From Thermodesulfobacteriota bacterium (GTDB taxonomy: Bacteria; Desulfobacterota_D; UBA1144; Nemesobacterales; UBA2774), in assembly GCA_965223335.1 (NCBI GenBank), contig OZ244991.1, positions 1,600,001-1,664,000 on the forward strand: DNA of 64,000 nt, in the 5' to 3' direction. Below are positions 37,652 to 48,223 of the stretch, piece after piece. Position numbers and translations under genes: made by a program. The notes beneath the pieces were generated by a model. It was given only the letters and a program-made list of their open reading frames with translations, did not search any database and was not told where the DNA came from. Position 1 is the first letter of the stretch; the number at the start of each line of letters is the position of its first letter.

Positions 37652-39062
37652 GTTTTTCACACTTGCTTTTGTTTGCGGCCCACTCAATTGCTATCAGTAT
37701 CCAAATCGGGACAAACTCAATCCACACTACTATGTTATTAAACGTCTCGAGCCTATCGAGCGCATCGAAATAGTAGGACAGGTAATAAAGCGGTAGCGTG
37801 ACGCTTAAGAAGAGCAGCGAATAGTAGGGTGTTATAGTAAGTAGAGGGATTAGCCAAGTGTAGTACCAGGGGAACTGCGTGGGGCTTATGAGGTATGCAA
37901 ATGCTAGGATAAATAGACTCGCACTAAATACTTTTTCTCTATCACACTGCTTATTCAAAATTACATACAGGATAAAGCCAAGTAATAAGAGCGAGATTAC
38001 AATTCTTGCCGCCAGGTATTTATGATAGGCCTTAAATCCCATAAGGGGCAGGGTGTGTTCAGCGAACCATATGAATCCCCTGAATATAGAGTCGTTATTC
38101 TGCCATGTTTTCCCATAGGCTATAAAGCCCGATGTGTCCCCTAACCCGGCCGTCATTATCGGGATCAGCATTATTGCCAAAAGCACACCAATTATTGCCA
38201 AGGGAGCCAAGAGCCTCTTGGGATTGCCGAGCAACGGTTTTAGTGCTACCGGGAGCAAAAACACAGGAAATATCTTCACTCCCACTCCGAGTGTCAGGGT
38301 AAACACCGCCCATAGATACCTGCGCATAACCACCAGCAATAGCCCGCCTATCACAAATGGAAACACTATTACGTCCATGTGCCCCGAGTTAAAAATCTCT
38401 TTTACCAACAAGGGGTTCCACCAATAGATAGCCAAGTGCATATGCGAGAGTCCAAGGGTGCGGAGCCCGAGGCCAAGCAGTATAAGGGTCGCTATATCGA
38501 ATACAAGCAGTATGAGCTTCCAAGTGTATAAGTCCCAGGGACCTATCCAGTGTGAGAGTGCAAACACCGCTTGACCCAGAGGGGGGTATATAGTTCTTAT
38601 CGTCGGGTTATTAATGCTCCCTATCACATCGCCCGACCCATCGGCGAGTTGTTTAAGGGTTTGGGGAACATCTTGTCCCCCTAAAACCTGCTCAGGGGAG
38701 TAGGTGTAGGGATTTATACCCTGTGTGGTAACCGCACCGTCCCAAAGGTATCTAAAATAGTCGTTCTCCAGTATCGGTTCTGTCCCAATCATTAGCGCGC
38801 GCAGTACCAAGCCCACGGCGAATATCCAAAACAGCAGTTTCGTTTTGGGGACGGTTTTTTTTACAGCAGGGACGATGCTCATATATATGAGCGACGAGAC
38901 CATTAGAATTAGTACAAGGGTTACTATGGGTTTATCGCCATGGGGGTATATGTGCGAGAATTGCGGCCCGATGCGGTATAGGTAGTAAAACAGGGACGCT
39001 AAAAGTATCCCTGCGATTATAAATAGGGAGGTGTTAAATTTTTGGCTGTTATAGATTCTCAA
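37638..39062 (-). CDS. Polytopic GT-C fold glycosyltransferase (GT87-like)
   Basis: ENDYFRYLWDG, GINPY, TIYPP, YWWNPL, SGHMD, FPWY; start codon uncertain. Confidence 0.8.
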   Translation of the reverse strand: MRIYNSQKFNTSLFIIAGILLASLFYYLYRIGPQFSHIYPHGDKPIVTLVLILMVSSLIYMSIVPAVKKTVPKTKLLFWIFAVGLVLRALMIGTEPILENDYFRYLWDGAVTTQGINPYTYSPEQVLGGQDVPQTLKQLADGSGDVIGSINNPTIRTIYPPLGQAVFALSHWIGPWDLYTWKLILLVFDIATLILLGLGLRTLGLSHMHLAIYWWNPLLVKEIFNSGHMDVIVFPFVIGGLLLVVMRRYLWAVFTLTLGVGVKIFPVFLLPVALKPLLGNPKRLLAPLAIIGVLLAIMLIPIMTAGLGDTSGFIAYGKTWQNNDSIFRGFIWFAEHTLPLMGFKAYHKYLAARIVISLLLLGFILYVILNKQCDREKVFSASLFILAFAYLISPTQFPWYYTWLIPLLTITPYYSLLFLSVTLPLYYLSYYFDALDRLETFNNIVVWIEFVPIWILIAIEWAANKSKCEKLNAA

Positions 39063-39106
39063 ATATTGTCTGTGATTCGGGTTTATTCAGACCCAGACCG
39101 GGGAAT

Positions 39107-40060
39107 TTAACCTTCCAGTTCCTCAATATATCTCTCTGCGTCAATTGCTGCCATACACCCGCTGCCAGCTGCTGTAATGGCCTGCCGGTAGATATTATCC
39201 TGTACGTCCCCCGCTGCAAACACCCCTTCTACACTGGTGCGAGTGCTGCCCGAGTCTGTGATCAGGTACCCCAATTCATCCATCTCGAGTTTGTCTTTGA
39301 ACAGCGTTGTATTGGGGTTATGGCCTATGGCTATAAAGACACCGTCGCTCGATTTCTCATTGGTCTCGCCCGTGACCGTATCTTTCAATAGCGCCCCGGT
39401 GACACCGCTCTCTGGGCTACCTAGTATCTCCTCCACCACAGAGTTCCAAATAAAGTTGATCTTCGGGTTTTTCATGGCCCTGTCCTGAAGTATCTTAGAT
39501 GCCCTAAGCTCATCTCGGCGGTGTACGATGTTTACCACAGTCGCAAATTTAGTTAGGAATATGGCCTCTTCCAATGCACTGTCCCCCCCGCCGACAACTA
39601 TCAGTTCTTTGTCTCTAAAGAAAAATCCGTCGCATGTCGCACAGGTGGATACACCGTGCCCCAGCAGCAATTTCTCGGACTCAAGCCCAAGCATCTTGGC
39701 CGATGCCCCCGAGGCTATGATAAAAGCATCTGTTTCTATCACTTTATCGCCCGAATGTACCTTGAAGGGACGGGTGTCCAGATCCACGGCGGTTATCTCT
39801 GCCATCACACATTTTGCCCCAAACTTCTCCGCCTGCTTTCGCATTGAGTTCATCAGGTCAGGTCCCATCACTCCGTCCGGGAACCCTGGGTAGTTTTCCA
39901 CATCCGTGGTGAGTGTAAGCTGCCCACCCGCCTCTAGTCCCTCGAACACAACGGGATCCAGGTTCGCACGCGCAGTGTATAGAGCAGCCGTGAGCCCGGC
40001 AGGCCCCGACCCCATGATCACAATTTTTTGCTTGGTTTCAATCTCATTTAAGTTCGCCAT
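39107..40060 (-). CDS. trxB: Thioredoxin reductase
   Basis: GSGPAG, GGQL, CATCDG redox motif, GGGDSALEEA, VHRRD, GVFAAGDV; ATG at 40060 after GGAG. Confidence 0.96.
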   Translation of the reverse strand: MANLNEIETKQKIVIMGSGPAGLTAALYTARANLDPVVFEGLEAGGQLTLTTDVENYPGFPDGVMGPDLMNSMRKQAEKFGAKCVMAEITAVDLDTRPFKVHSGDKVIETDAFIIASGASAKMLGLESEKLLLGHGVSTCATCDGFFFRDKELIVVGGGDSALEEAIFLTKFATVVNIVHRRDELRASKILQDRAMKNPKINFIWNSVVEEILGSPESGVTGALLKDTVTGETNEKSSDGVFIAIGHNPNTTLFKDKLEMDELGYLITDSGSTRTSVEGVFAAGDVQDNIYRQAITAAGSGCMAAIDAERYIEELEG

Positions 40061-40299
40061 AGTATGTGTCTCCAATTTTGCTGCATGTATACTACACCTG
40101 AGCCATGGTTTTTCAAGACAATCCGGCTTAGAGCTTTGGTATTAGATGTCAACTCATGCAATAAAGGTGCATCGTCCTACAAACTCGTGTTTTGTATGTG
40201 CTCTTAGGTATGATTATTAGATATGAAACGTGTTGTATCCAATAATAACTATAGATTCGAGTTTTTGTCTCTGTTCTAAGAAAATCGGGAGAGTGACTT

Positions 40300-41337
40300 G
40301 TGAGTCAAAACTCAATAACCGCAAATCAAAATTCTGGAAATTTGGATGAGGTGTATACGGCTGTGCGGAAACATGTCGGCATAACTGATCTTTCGGACAG
40401 GGGTAAGATTAGTTTATCAGGAAAAGAGCATATTAAATTTATGCAGGGCATGCTTACTAACGATGTAAGTTCACTGGAGCCGGGTCGGGGAGTGCATGCG
40501 GCTGTACTTACGGTTAAAGGAAAAATGATCGCAGATATGAATGTGTATAAAGATGAGTCTTGCCTATTTATTGATACCGAACCCGGGCTCAACACCACGC
40601 TCTATGACCTGTTTACGAAATACAGACTTTCATACAAGGCAGATATTGTTGATGATACAGAGACTTACTGTCTTGTTTCAATGCACGGGAAGTATGTGGA
40701 GCAACTATTAGAAAAGTTTGTTGGTGACAATGTGGAGCTAAGCGATCTGCTGTCGTTTACAATAAAAGATACCAGCCACGGCCTATTGATGATCACAAAA
40801 GTGAACCGGACCGGGGAATCGGGCTATGACATATATGTAAATGCCGACAAGAAGCATGAACTGCTGAGTGAATTGTTGGATATAGGCGAGGAATACAGGA
40901 TTAAAACTTTTGGTAAAGAGGTCCTCGATACTCTTCGCATAGAGGCCGGTATCCCGGTGTATGGGGTGGATATGGATGAAAATACTATACCGATAGAGGC
41001 GGGTTTATGGGATGCACTTAATTTCGAGAAGGGCTGCTATGTGGGACAGGAAGTGATTGCCCGCATAAAGTGGAGGGGGCATGTAAATTGGCACCTGCTA
41101 GGGTTCGTATTGGAGGGCAAGAGTATCCCTGACAGGGACGATAAAATCCTTGTAGGTGACAAGGTAGTAGGTAGGATCACAAGCTCAGCCCTTTCCCCAC
41201 TACTGCGCAAGCCCATAGCGCTCGGGTATATAAGGCGCGAGTTCTCAGAGCCCGATACGAGCGTGAGCATAGAGGTTGGCGGACAGCCGACTGAGGCTGT
41301 GGTTGTTAAACCGCCCTTTATAGATTTGTCTGATTGA
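40300..41337 (+). CDS. ygfZ: YgfZ/GcvT-family folate-binding protein (Fe-S repair)
   Basis: KGCYVGQE signature, QGMLTND, LRIEAG. Confidence 0.88.
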   Translation: MSQNSITANQNSGNLDEVYTAVRKHVGITDLSDRGKISLSGKEHIKFMQGMLTNDVSSLEPGRGVHAAVLTVKGKMIADMNVYKDESCLFIDTEPGLNTTLYDLFTKYRLSYKADIVDDTETYCLVSMHGKYVEQLLEKFVGDNVELSDLLSFTIKDTSHGLLMITKVNRTGESGYDIYVNADKKHELLSELLDIGEEYRIKTFGKEVLDTLRIEAGIPVYGVDMDENTIPIEAGLWDALNFEKGCYVGQEVIARIKWRGHVNWHLLGFVLEGKSIPDRDDKILVGDKVVGRITSSALSPLLRKPIALGYIRREFSEPDTSVSIEVGGQPTEAVVVKPPFIDLSD

Positions 41338-41681
41338 TGTATCAGAGGCTTAAAAGTGATTGCTCTTTAGGGATAAGCCGTGTTAAAATATTTCTTGATT
41401 TTATTTTCTACTCAATTATAGTATGGCGGTTGGAATAGGGTTATAAATATCGAAGTATTGGTTGGTATTACACGAGTTTAATTAAAGTAGTTTGGTAAAT
41501 CAGATTTGAGCCGATTTTAAGATCGGCTGAGTGGGTGTTGATGGTAAACTGGGTCGGGTCCAGAGATAAATTTTCCTACGGATACCCAGTGTTTATAAAT
41601 TTGATAGAAAGCTGACTTTCCTGATCATATGTGGTTGTAATGATTGGGAATATGTCGTTGTCTTATTAAGGAGTAATTATT

Positions 41682-42722
41682 ATGATATTCGATGCAATCC
41701 TAGGTTGGTTCTCTAATGACTTAGCAGTGGATCTCGGTACTGCTAATACACTGGTATATGTTCGGGGCAAAGGTATTGTAGCAAACGAGCCCTCGGTGGT
41801 CGCGGTGCAAGAGGACTCGCGCGGTGTAAAGCGTATACTGGCTGTGGGTAAAGAGGCCAAGAACATGGTTGGGCGTACCCCCGGGTCAATCAAAGCTATC
41901 CGTCCGCTTAAAGACGGTGTAATCGCTGACTTTGATGTCGCCCAAAAGATGCTTGAGTACTTTATAAGAAAAACCCATAATAACCGTAAGAGCTTTGTGA
42001 GACCCAGGATCATCGTGTCTGTACCAATAGGGATTACAGAGGTTGAAAAGAGGGCCGTGAAAGAGTCTGCAGAGGCTGCTGGAGCTCGCGAGGTCTACCT
42101 GATAGAGGAAACAATGTCTGCCGCGATCGGAGCGGGAATGCCCGTGACAGAGCCCGCTGGGAATATGGTAGTCGATATCGGCGGGGGCACCACAGGTGTG
42201 GCAGTGATCTCGCTTGCGGGCATAGTCGTGAGCAAGTCCATCAAGGTCGGGGGCGACAAGATGGACGAGTCGATCCTCCAGTATGTTAAACGCAACTACA
42301 ATATGCTTATCGGTGAGAGGACTGCGGAAGAGGTTAAACAGAAGCTGGGTAAAGCGCTTGGTAACGGTGACATGGGTTCGATGAGTGTTAAGGGCCGAGA
42401 CCTTAGAGCCGGTATACCAAAGACCATAGAGATTACATCCGAAGAGGTAAAAGAAGCACTGTCCGAGCCTATAGCCGCAATTGTTGAGGCTATCAAACAG
42501 ACGTTGGAACGCACACCACCCGAGCTAGCTGCCGACATTGTCGATAGCGGTATCGTGTTGACAGGCGGAGGTGCGCTGTTGGGTAACCTAGACGAGTTGA
42601 TCAAAGACGAGACCGGTCTGCCTACTGGCAAGGCCGAGGACCCGTTGACCTGTGTGGTGCTTGGGTCCGGGAAAGCCCTAGATGAGCTTGATTTGCTAAG
42701 AGAGGTCAGTATGGAGTATTGA
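41682..42722 (+). CDS. mreB: Rod shape-determining protein MreB
   Basis: [33 protein letters not shown]. Confidence 0.97.
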   Translation: MIFDAILGWFSNDLAVDLGTANTLVYVRGKGIVANEPSVVAVQEDSRGVKRILAVGKEAKNMVGRTPGSIKAIRPLKDGVIADFDVAQKMLEYFIRKTHNNRKSFVRPRIIVSVPIGITEVEKRAVKESAEAAGAREVYLIEETMSAAIGAGMPVTEPAGNMVVDIGGGTTGVAVISLAGIVVSKSIKVGGDKMDESILQYVKRNYNMLIGERTAEEVKQKLGKALGNGDMGSMSVKGRDLRAGIPKTIEITSEEVKEALSEPIAAIVEAIKQTLERTPPELAADIVDSGIVLTGGGALLGNLDELIKDETGLPTGKAEDPLTCVVLGSGKALDELDLLREVSMEY

Positions 42723-42771
42723 TTCCATACGCTCCAAAGGTATAAGCGATATATAAGTCAATTGATACGAA

Positions 42772-43599
42772 ATGAGGTTTTTAATCCGCCACCCCATTAT
42801 AGTTGTTTTGATACTCTTTCTGTTCGGGGTACAGCTTTCCTCTCAAGACTATAACGATACAAGCAAAGACAGTTTTTTCTCGGGCATTGTGCTTCGGGTT
42901 ACTTACTACCCTCAAAAATTCGTCAACTACACAACTGACAAGGTAGTCACTACATGGCAAAACTACATGGAAATCGTCGATGTGAACAAAGAGAATGCAA
43001 AACTTAAAGAAGAGATCCGCATCTTAAAACAGCAAAATTTCGCACTCAAAGAGGTCGAGAGACAAAACGTAAGGCTTACCAAGCTGCTCGAGCTCACCGA
43101 AGCCACACCCTATCCCGTAGTGTCCGCAAACGTAATCGCCGGCAGCCCATCGGCCATCAGGTCAGAGGTGATTATTATTGACAAGGGCTCGTCGGACGGG
43201 CTTAGGACGGGCATGCCAGTCGCATCCCTGGGGGGTGTGGTCGGACGTGTATTTATGGTTGGCAAGTCAAGCTCCGAGGTTATTCTAATCACCGATCCCC
43301 TAAGCGCTGTAGACGCCTATGTGCACAGAACCCGTGCCAGGGGCATAGTGAAGGGCAACGGAAATCAGTGTGTGATGGAGTATGTAGAGAAGATGTCCGA
43401 TGTGAGTAAGGGGGATAAGATTATATCCTCTGGCAAAGACGGGTTTTTCCCCAAAGGAGTCCTCATAGGTACAGTTCATGAGATCAATGCCGATGGAGGG
43501 TTTGTAAACGCTTCGGTGGTACCGCACATGGATCTGAACTCTCTCGAAGAGGTGGTTATCATACTCAAAACCGTGGATAATATCGTGTTAAATGAATAA
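42772..43599 (+). CDS. mreC: Rod shape-determining protein MreC
   Basis: TM plus coiled coil, IDKGSSDG, SSGKDGFFPKGVLIG; position after mreB. Confidence 0.93.
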   Translation: MRFLIRHPIIVVLILFLFGVQLSSQDYNDTSKDSFFSGIVLRVTYYPQKFVNYTTDKVVTTWQNYMEIVDVNKENAKLKEEIRILKQQNFALKEVERQNVRLTKLLELTEATPYPVVSANVIAGSPSAIRSEVIIIDKGSSDGLRTGMPVASLGGVVGRVFMVGKSSSEVILITDPLSAVDAYVHRTRARGIVKGNGNQCVMEYVEKMSDVSKGDKIISSGKDGFFPKGVLIGTVHEINADGGFVNASVVPHMDLNSLEEVVIILKTVDNIVLNE

Positions 43600-44080
43600 C
43601 TCGTCTTCCTTAGTATTATATGTTCTCCTATCCATACTATTTATAGCTCTTCAGACCACACTAATATCGCCCAGGTATTTCGGCTACGCTTACCCCGATC
43701 TAAACCTCATACTTATTGTTTACCTTGCAATATATTCCGAGGCGCGGGGCACAGCCCTAATAGCTTTGGGCAACGGGTTTATGATGGATGTGCTCACCGG
43801 CAATATGCTCGGTGCCTTCACGTTCTCAAGGTTTAGCGCCTATGTGCTGCTAAAAAGCATCTCACATCATGTATACATGAAGAGGGCCAGTGCCAAGGGT
43901 GCCGCTTTATTTCTAAGTACTATCTTTTCTGAGCTATTTATTTGGGCTATACTGGCAATTAAGCAACGAAACCTAAACGTGGAGATGGATGGTATTATTA
44001 TCCAGGCGGTTGTAAACACATTAATTGGGCTGCCCATATTTTGGGCTATAAACAAAGTAGATGCAAGATTACAGAAGTAG
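43592..44080 (+). CDS. mreD: Rod shape-determining protein MreD
   Basis: Hydrophobic, PDL motif, G.MMD; lies between mreC and mrdA. Confidence 0.85.
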   Translation: MNNSSSLVLYVLLSILFIALQTTLISPRYFGYAYPDLNLILIVYLAIYSEARGTALIALGNGFMMDVLTGNMLGAFTFSRFSAYVLLKSISHHVYMKRASAKGAALFLSTIFSELFIWAILAIKQRNLNVEMDGIIIQAVVNTLIGLPIFWAINKVDARLQK

Positions 44081-45872
44081 ACTAGTAATTGCGACTATCG
44101 TATTGATTCAGGCGTTTTTGATACTGGGGGGAAGGCTTTGGTACCTCCAGATATTTAAGGGCGCTGAATACGAGAAATTCTCCAGAGACAACAGGATCAG
44201 TATAGAGAGGGTCCCGGCACCTAGGGGAAGGATCTTGGACAGAGAGGGTAGGGAGCTTGTTGTGAACCGCTCTTCGTTCGATGTGTATGTACTGCCCAAG
44301 GAGGTAAGTGATCCGGATCAGGTAGCTGCCTCACTGGCACCTGTGCTCAATGTCGAACCCAAGACGATTAAGAAACAGATTTTGGATGCCGGGAAAAAAG
44401 ACAGGTTCCAAACCCACCGCATAGCACAGGACATTAACCGTGACCAGCTTGCGTATATCGAGGCCCGCAAGAGCTCATTAAAAGGTGTACAGATCCTTGT
44501 AAACAGCATCAGACAGTACCCCTACGGTAACCTGGGAGCTCAGATCATAGGCTATCTGGGCAAGGTGAGCCCACAAGACCTGCGCGCAAACCCGGGGATG
44601 TCGGGCTCGGATTTCGTCGGCAAGAGCGGGGTGGAAAAAGGGTGGGAGACCTACTTGCGAGGGGACGACGGCTACATACAATCGGTAACCGACGCTCTGG
44701 GCAGAGAGGTGGAATCCGCACTATTTCAAAAGGACCTTATTAAGAAAAACAGTCTACCTGGCAACGATGTGGTGCTCACGATTGATATAAATTTACAGAG
44801 GGCCGCAGAAGAGGCCCTGGGTACCCAAAACGGCTCTATCGTGGTGGTAAACGTAAATAACGGCAACGTGCTGGCACTGGCCAGCAAGCCCACATTTACA
44901 CCCGAGGAATTTATAAACGGCATCAAAAAAGAGAAGTGGGATAAATTATTGAAAGATAAATCCTACCCGCTGGTTAACCGGAGCACACAGGGGCTCTATG
45001 CCCCGGGCTCGGTGTTCAAAATAGTGCCAGCGGCCGCTGCATTAAAAGAAGAGCTTGTTACCACAGATACCTATATCCACTGCCCGGGATATCATAAGGT
45101 GGCTGAACATACGTTTAGGTGTTGGAAACGAAGTGGGCACGGCTGGATGAACCTCCACGACGCCATGGTCGAGTCATGCGACGTCTATTTTTACAAAGTA
45201 GCCGAGAAGCTTGGTATAGACCGACTCCACCGCTATATGAAAGGGTTTGGGTTCGGGGAGTACACGGGCATAGGCATAGAAGAGAGAAAGGGCTTAGCGC
45301 CCAGTAGAGAGTGGAAGAAGCAAAAGCTCAACAAACCCTGGTACAAGGGCGAGACAGTCGTAAGTTCAATAGGTCAGGGCTATGTAAATGTTACCCCGCT
45401 TCAGGTTACGATGATGACCGCGGCAGTTGCAAACGGCGGGGTGCTTCTAAAGCCCTCGATCGTAAAAAGGGTCGTGGATTACAAGAGTGAAAACAAGGTC
45501 GAATACAGTGCCAAGGCCAATAAATACATCCCCGTAGGTAGTGAAATAACCCAGACATTAAGGGATGCTCTAACGGGTGCGGTGAATGATCCGGGAGCTA
45601 CAGGACGGAGGGCTTGGCTTCCTCATGTAAAAGTAGCGGGCAAGACCGGGACGGCCCAGGTCATCTCGTTAGATACAAAAAGCAATGTAAACAGACACAG
45701 GGATCACGCATGGTTTACATCATATGCACCTGCCCAGGAGCCCGATATCGCTGTTACGGTAATAGTTGAGAACGGGGGCAAGGGTGGGGAGGTAGCGGCA
45801 CCCATTGCAAGGGATATTATTAAGTTTTATATGAAACTAAAGCGAGAGGGCTACTTCGATGATAATGTTTGA
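44061..45872 (+). CDS. mrdA: Penicillin-binding protein 2
   Basis: PAPRGRILDR, PGSVFK (SxxK), SCD, KTGT, DHAWF. Confidence 0.95.
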   Translation: MQDYRSRLVIATIVLIQAFLILGGRLWYLQIFKGAEYEKFSRDNRISIERVPAPRGRILDREGRELVVNRSSFDVYVLPKEVSDPDQVAASLAPVLNVEPKTIKKQILDAGKKDRFQTHRIAQDINRDQLAYIEARKSSLKGVQILVNSIRQYPYGNLGAQIIGYLGKVSPQDLRANPGMSGSDFVGKSGVEKGWETYLRGDDGYIQSVTDALGREVESALFQKDLIKKNSLPGNDVVLTIDINLQRAAEEALGTQNGSIVVVNVNNGNVLALASKPTFTPEEFINGIKKEKWDKLLKDKSYPLVNRSTQGLYAPGSVFKIVPAAAALKEELVTTDTYIHCPGYHKVAEHTFRCWKRSGHGWMNLHDAMVESCDVYFYKVAEKLGIDRLHRYMKGFGFGEYTGIGIEERKGLAPSREWKKQKLNKPWYKGETVVSSIGQGYVNVTPLQVTMMTAAVANGGVLLKPSIVKRVVDYKSENKVEYSAKANKYIPVGSEITQTLRDALTGAVNDPGATGRRAWLPHVKVAGKTGTAQVISLDTKSNVNRHRDHAWFTSYAPAQEPDIAVTVIVENGGKGGEVAAPIARDIIKFYMKLKREGYFDDNV

Positions 45873-46983
45873 CCGCAGGTTGCTAAGCAACTACGGCTGG
45901 TCACTCTTATTGATGATTTTATTGTTTGCTGGCGTGTCTCTGATAAACCTCTACAGCGCCTCATTCCAAACAGGCCTCGGTGTGTTTAAAAAGCAGTTGA
46001 TATGGGTCGGTATAGGTGTAGTCGGTATGATTTTTGTGTCGTTCCTTAACTATAGGATGTTTGAACGCTACGCGCTGTATATATATGGTATATCCATTCT
46101 ATCGCTTGTATTGGTGCTATTGCTCGGCAAACAGGTCGCAGGGGCAAAAAGCTGGTTACAGATCGGGGCATTTGCAACTGTGCAGCCGTCTGAGTTTGCA
46201 AAGCTGGCTGTGATAATAGTCATGGCCCGTCTCTACGACAGGGACTATCAAAACGATGCCTACGGGATTTTGGATTTGATAAAACCTCTCGGATTTGTAC
46301 TGCTGCCTCTAGTGCTTGTCATGCTGCAGCCCGATTTGGGGACAGCACTTGTATTGGTGCTTATTGCTGCTAGCATGCTTGTGTTTATGGGTATTAAGAG
46401 GACCACGTTGGCAATAGTTTTGGTCTGCGTAGTCAGTCTCTCATTCCCGACTTGGCAGTACTTCCTCAAGGATTATCAGAAGGACAGGATTAAAACGTTC
46501 TTAGACCCCTCGCGCGACCCCCTGGATGCGGGCTACAACGCTATACAGTCACAGATAGCTGTGGGCTCTGGGAAGTTTGCCGGCAAAGGGTTTACAAAAG
46601 GCTCACAGACCCAGCTCCGCTTTATACCGGCCCAGCAGACCGACTTCGTGTTCTCTGTGTTTGCCGAGGAGTGGGGTTTTATGGGTGGGATATTCGTACT
46701 CCTATTGTATTTCATCATAATCCTCTGGATACTCGATGCGGCTAGCAGGGCAAAGGATAAGTTCGGGATGCTCGTCTGTTTCGGTGTGGCCTCGATGTTC
46801 TTTTGGCATATGGTCATAAACATCGGTATGGTGATCGGGCTCCTGCCGGTCACAGGGGTCCCGCTATTGATCATGAGCTATGGAGGCTCGTCCGCACTCA
46901 CTGCCATGCTAGGCATTGGACTCGTGTTGGCTGTAAAAGCAAGAAAATCGCCAATGTCAGCAAACCTGATCGAACTCAAGTAA
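45859..46983 (+). CDS. rodA: SEDS peptidoglycan polymerase RodA
   Basis: QPSEFAK, QPDLGT, QSQIAVGSG, TDFVFSVFAEEWG, SYGGSS. Confidence 0.95.
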   Translation: MIMFDRRLLSNYGWSLLLMILLFAGVSLINLYSASFQTGLGVFKKQLIWVGIGVVGMIFVSFLNYRMFERYALYIYGISILSLVLVLLLGKQVAGAKSWLQIGAFATVQPSEFAKLAVIIVMARLYDRDYQNDAYGILDLIKPLGFVLLPLVLVMLQPDLGTALVLVLIAASMLVFMGIKRTTLAIVLVCVVSLSFPTWQYFLKDYQKDRIKTFLDPSRDPLDAGYNAIQSQIAVGSGKFAGKGFTKGSQTQLRFIPAQQTDFVFSVFAEEWGFMGGIFVLLLYFIIILWILDAASRAKDKFGMLVCFGVASMFFWHMVINIGMVIGLLPVTGVPLLIMSYGGSSALTAMLGIGLVLAVKARKSPMSANLIELK

Positions 46984-47956
46984 CTCTACGTTTATTAAGT
47001 TGCGAGATATCGGGTATACCCCCCAGACTCTCTGCGGTCTCGATTGCGCGCATTATAGAGTGCTCTATCAGCTCCGCGGCCACAACCCCCACAGCGTTTG
47101 CGTCCGAGGGCTCCTCCCCGCATGATATTGCAAACACCACGTCCCCGTCTGCCACTGTGTGAACTGGCGAGACCACCCTTGCCATCCCGGTCTGTCCGAT
47201 CCCTGCAATCCTCATAAGCTCGTTTTTAGAGAACTCTGCATTGGTAGCTATAACGGCAAGTGTAGTGTTGATCGGGTCGTCTGCCCTTTGGGTTATCCCC
47301 TGTTTAATCAGGTTAACGGTGCCCGGGAAATCCACGCCGTCGGGTGAGTTCCTAACACCTGCGATAACCTCGCCTGTGTTGTTAGAGATAACATCCCCAA
47401 ACGCATTTACAACCACAAACACCCCCACATAAACGTCAGAGTCGTTGATTCTATGGCTCATGGTCCCCACGCCTGATTTCGTAGCATGACTGATTCCAAG
47501 CAACTTGCCCACGGTTGCACCTGTACCCACACCCACACTGCCCTCGGCTACAGCTTGAGACGACGCATTCACACAAGCGCTATAGCCCATATCTGCATCG
47601 GGCCTGACCGAGCCGTCCCCTATGCCCAAGTCAAATATCACCGCGGTGGGCACAGATGGTACTACTTGGCCATAGCCGACATCGAGTCCGATCTTTTTTT
47701 CTTCGAGGTATCGCACAACCCCGCTCGATGCATCGAGCCCAAAAGCACTACCGCCCGTAAGCAGTATTGCATTTATTCTTCCATAGGTGTTGTGTTGCAG
47801 GAGCGAGTCGATCTGTCGGGTGCTGGTACCCCCACCCCTTAGGTCTGCTGCCCCTGTTGCAGGGGTCTCAGAGATTATTACTGTGCATCCGGTGACCGAA
47901 TCCGGATCACTGGCGTGTCCGACTCTGATTCCAGGCACATCGGTGATAGAACCCAT
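46976..47956 (-). CDS. Peptidase S58 / DmpA (P1) family protein
   Basis: ITDVPGIRVGH, LTGGSAFGL, GSVGVGTGA, NTT cleavage motif, DGDVVF. Confidence 0.9.
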   Translation of the reverse strand: MGSITDVPGIRVGHASDPDSVTGCTVIISETPATGAADLRGGGTSTRQIDSLLQHNTYGRINAILLTGGSAFGLDASSGVVRYLEEKKIGLDVGYGQVVPSVPTAVIFDLGIGDGSVRPDADMGYSACVNASSQAVAEGSVGVGTGATVGKLLGISHATKSGVGTMSHRINDSDVYVGVFVVVNAFGDVISNNTGEVIAGVRNSPDGVDFPGTVNLIKQGITQRADDPINTTLAVIATNAEFSKNELMRIAGIGQTGMARVVSPVHTVADGDVVFAISCGEEPSDANAVGVVAAELIEHSIMRAIETAESLGGIPDISQLNKRRVT

Positions 47957-48026
47957 ACCTAAATTCTAATTTATTCGGAGCATTTGCCAAATTCCCCCCG
48001 CCATTATACTAAGTGTATAAGCACTC

Positions 48027-48054
48027 TTGACACATAGACTCAATCGGCTAAAAT
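48027..48054 (+). promoter_or_regulatory. Putative sigma70 promoter of the sco-cox operon
   Basis: TTGACA-N16-TAAAAT. Confidence 0.55.
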
Positions 48055-48223
48055 CATGCACGTTTTGTTGATATCCGAGTAAATAGAATGTATCTACCCA
48101 TAAAAAGGTTAATTAATTTAAACTTTTTCAATCCCTGATTATATGAGAGTAGAGACCCGGGTTACATGAGCATTGATATCAAAATATTGTTTGTTTAATT
48201 GAATTAAGTTTTGCTAGGGTATT

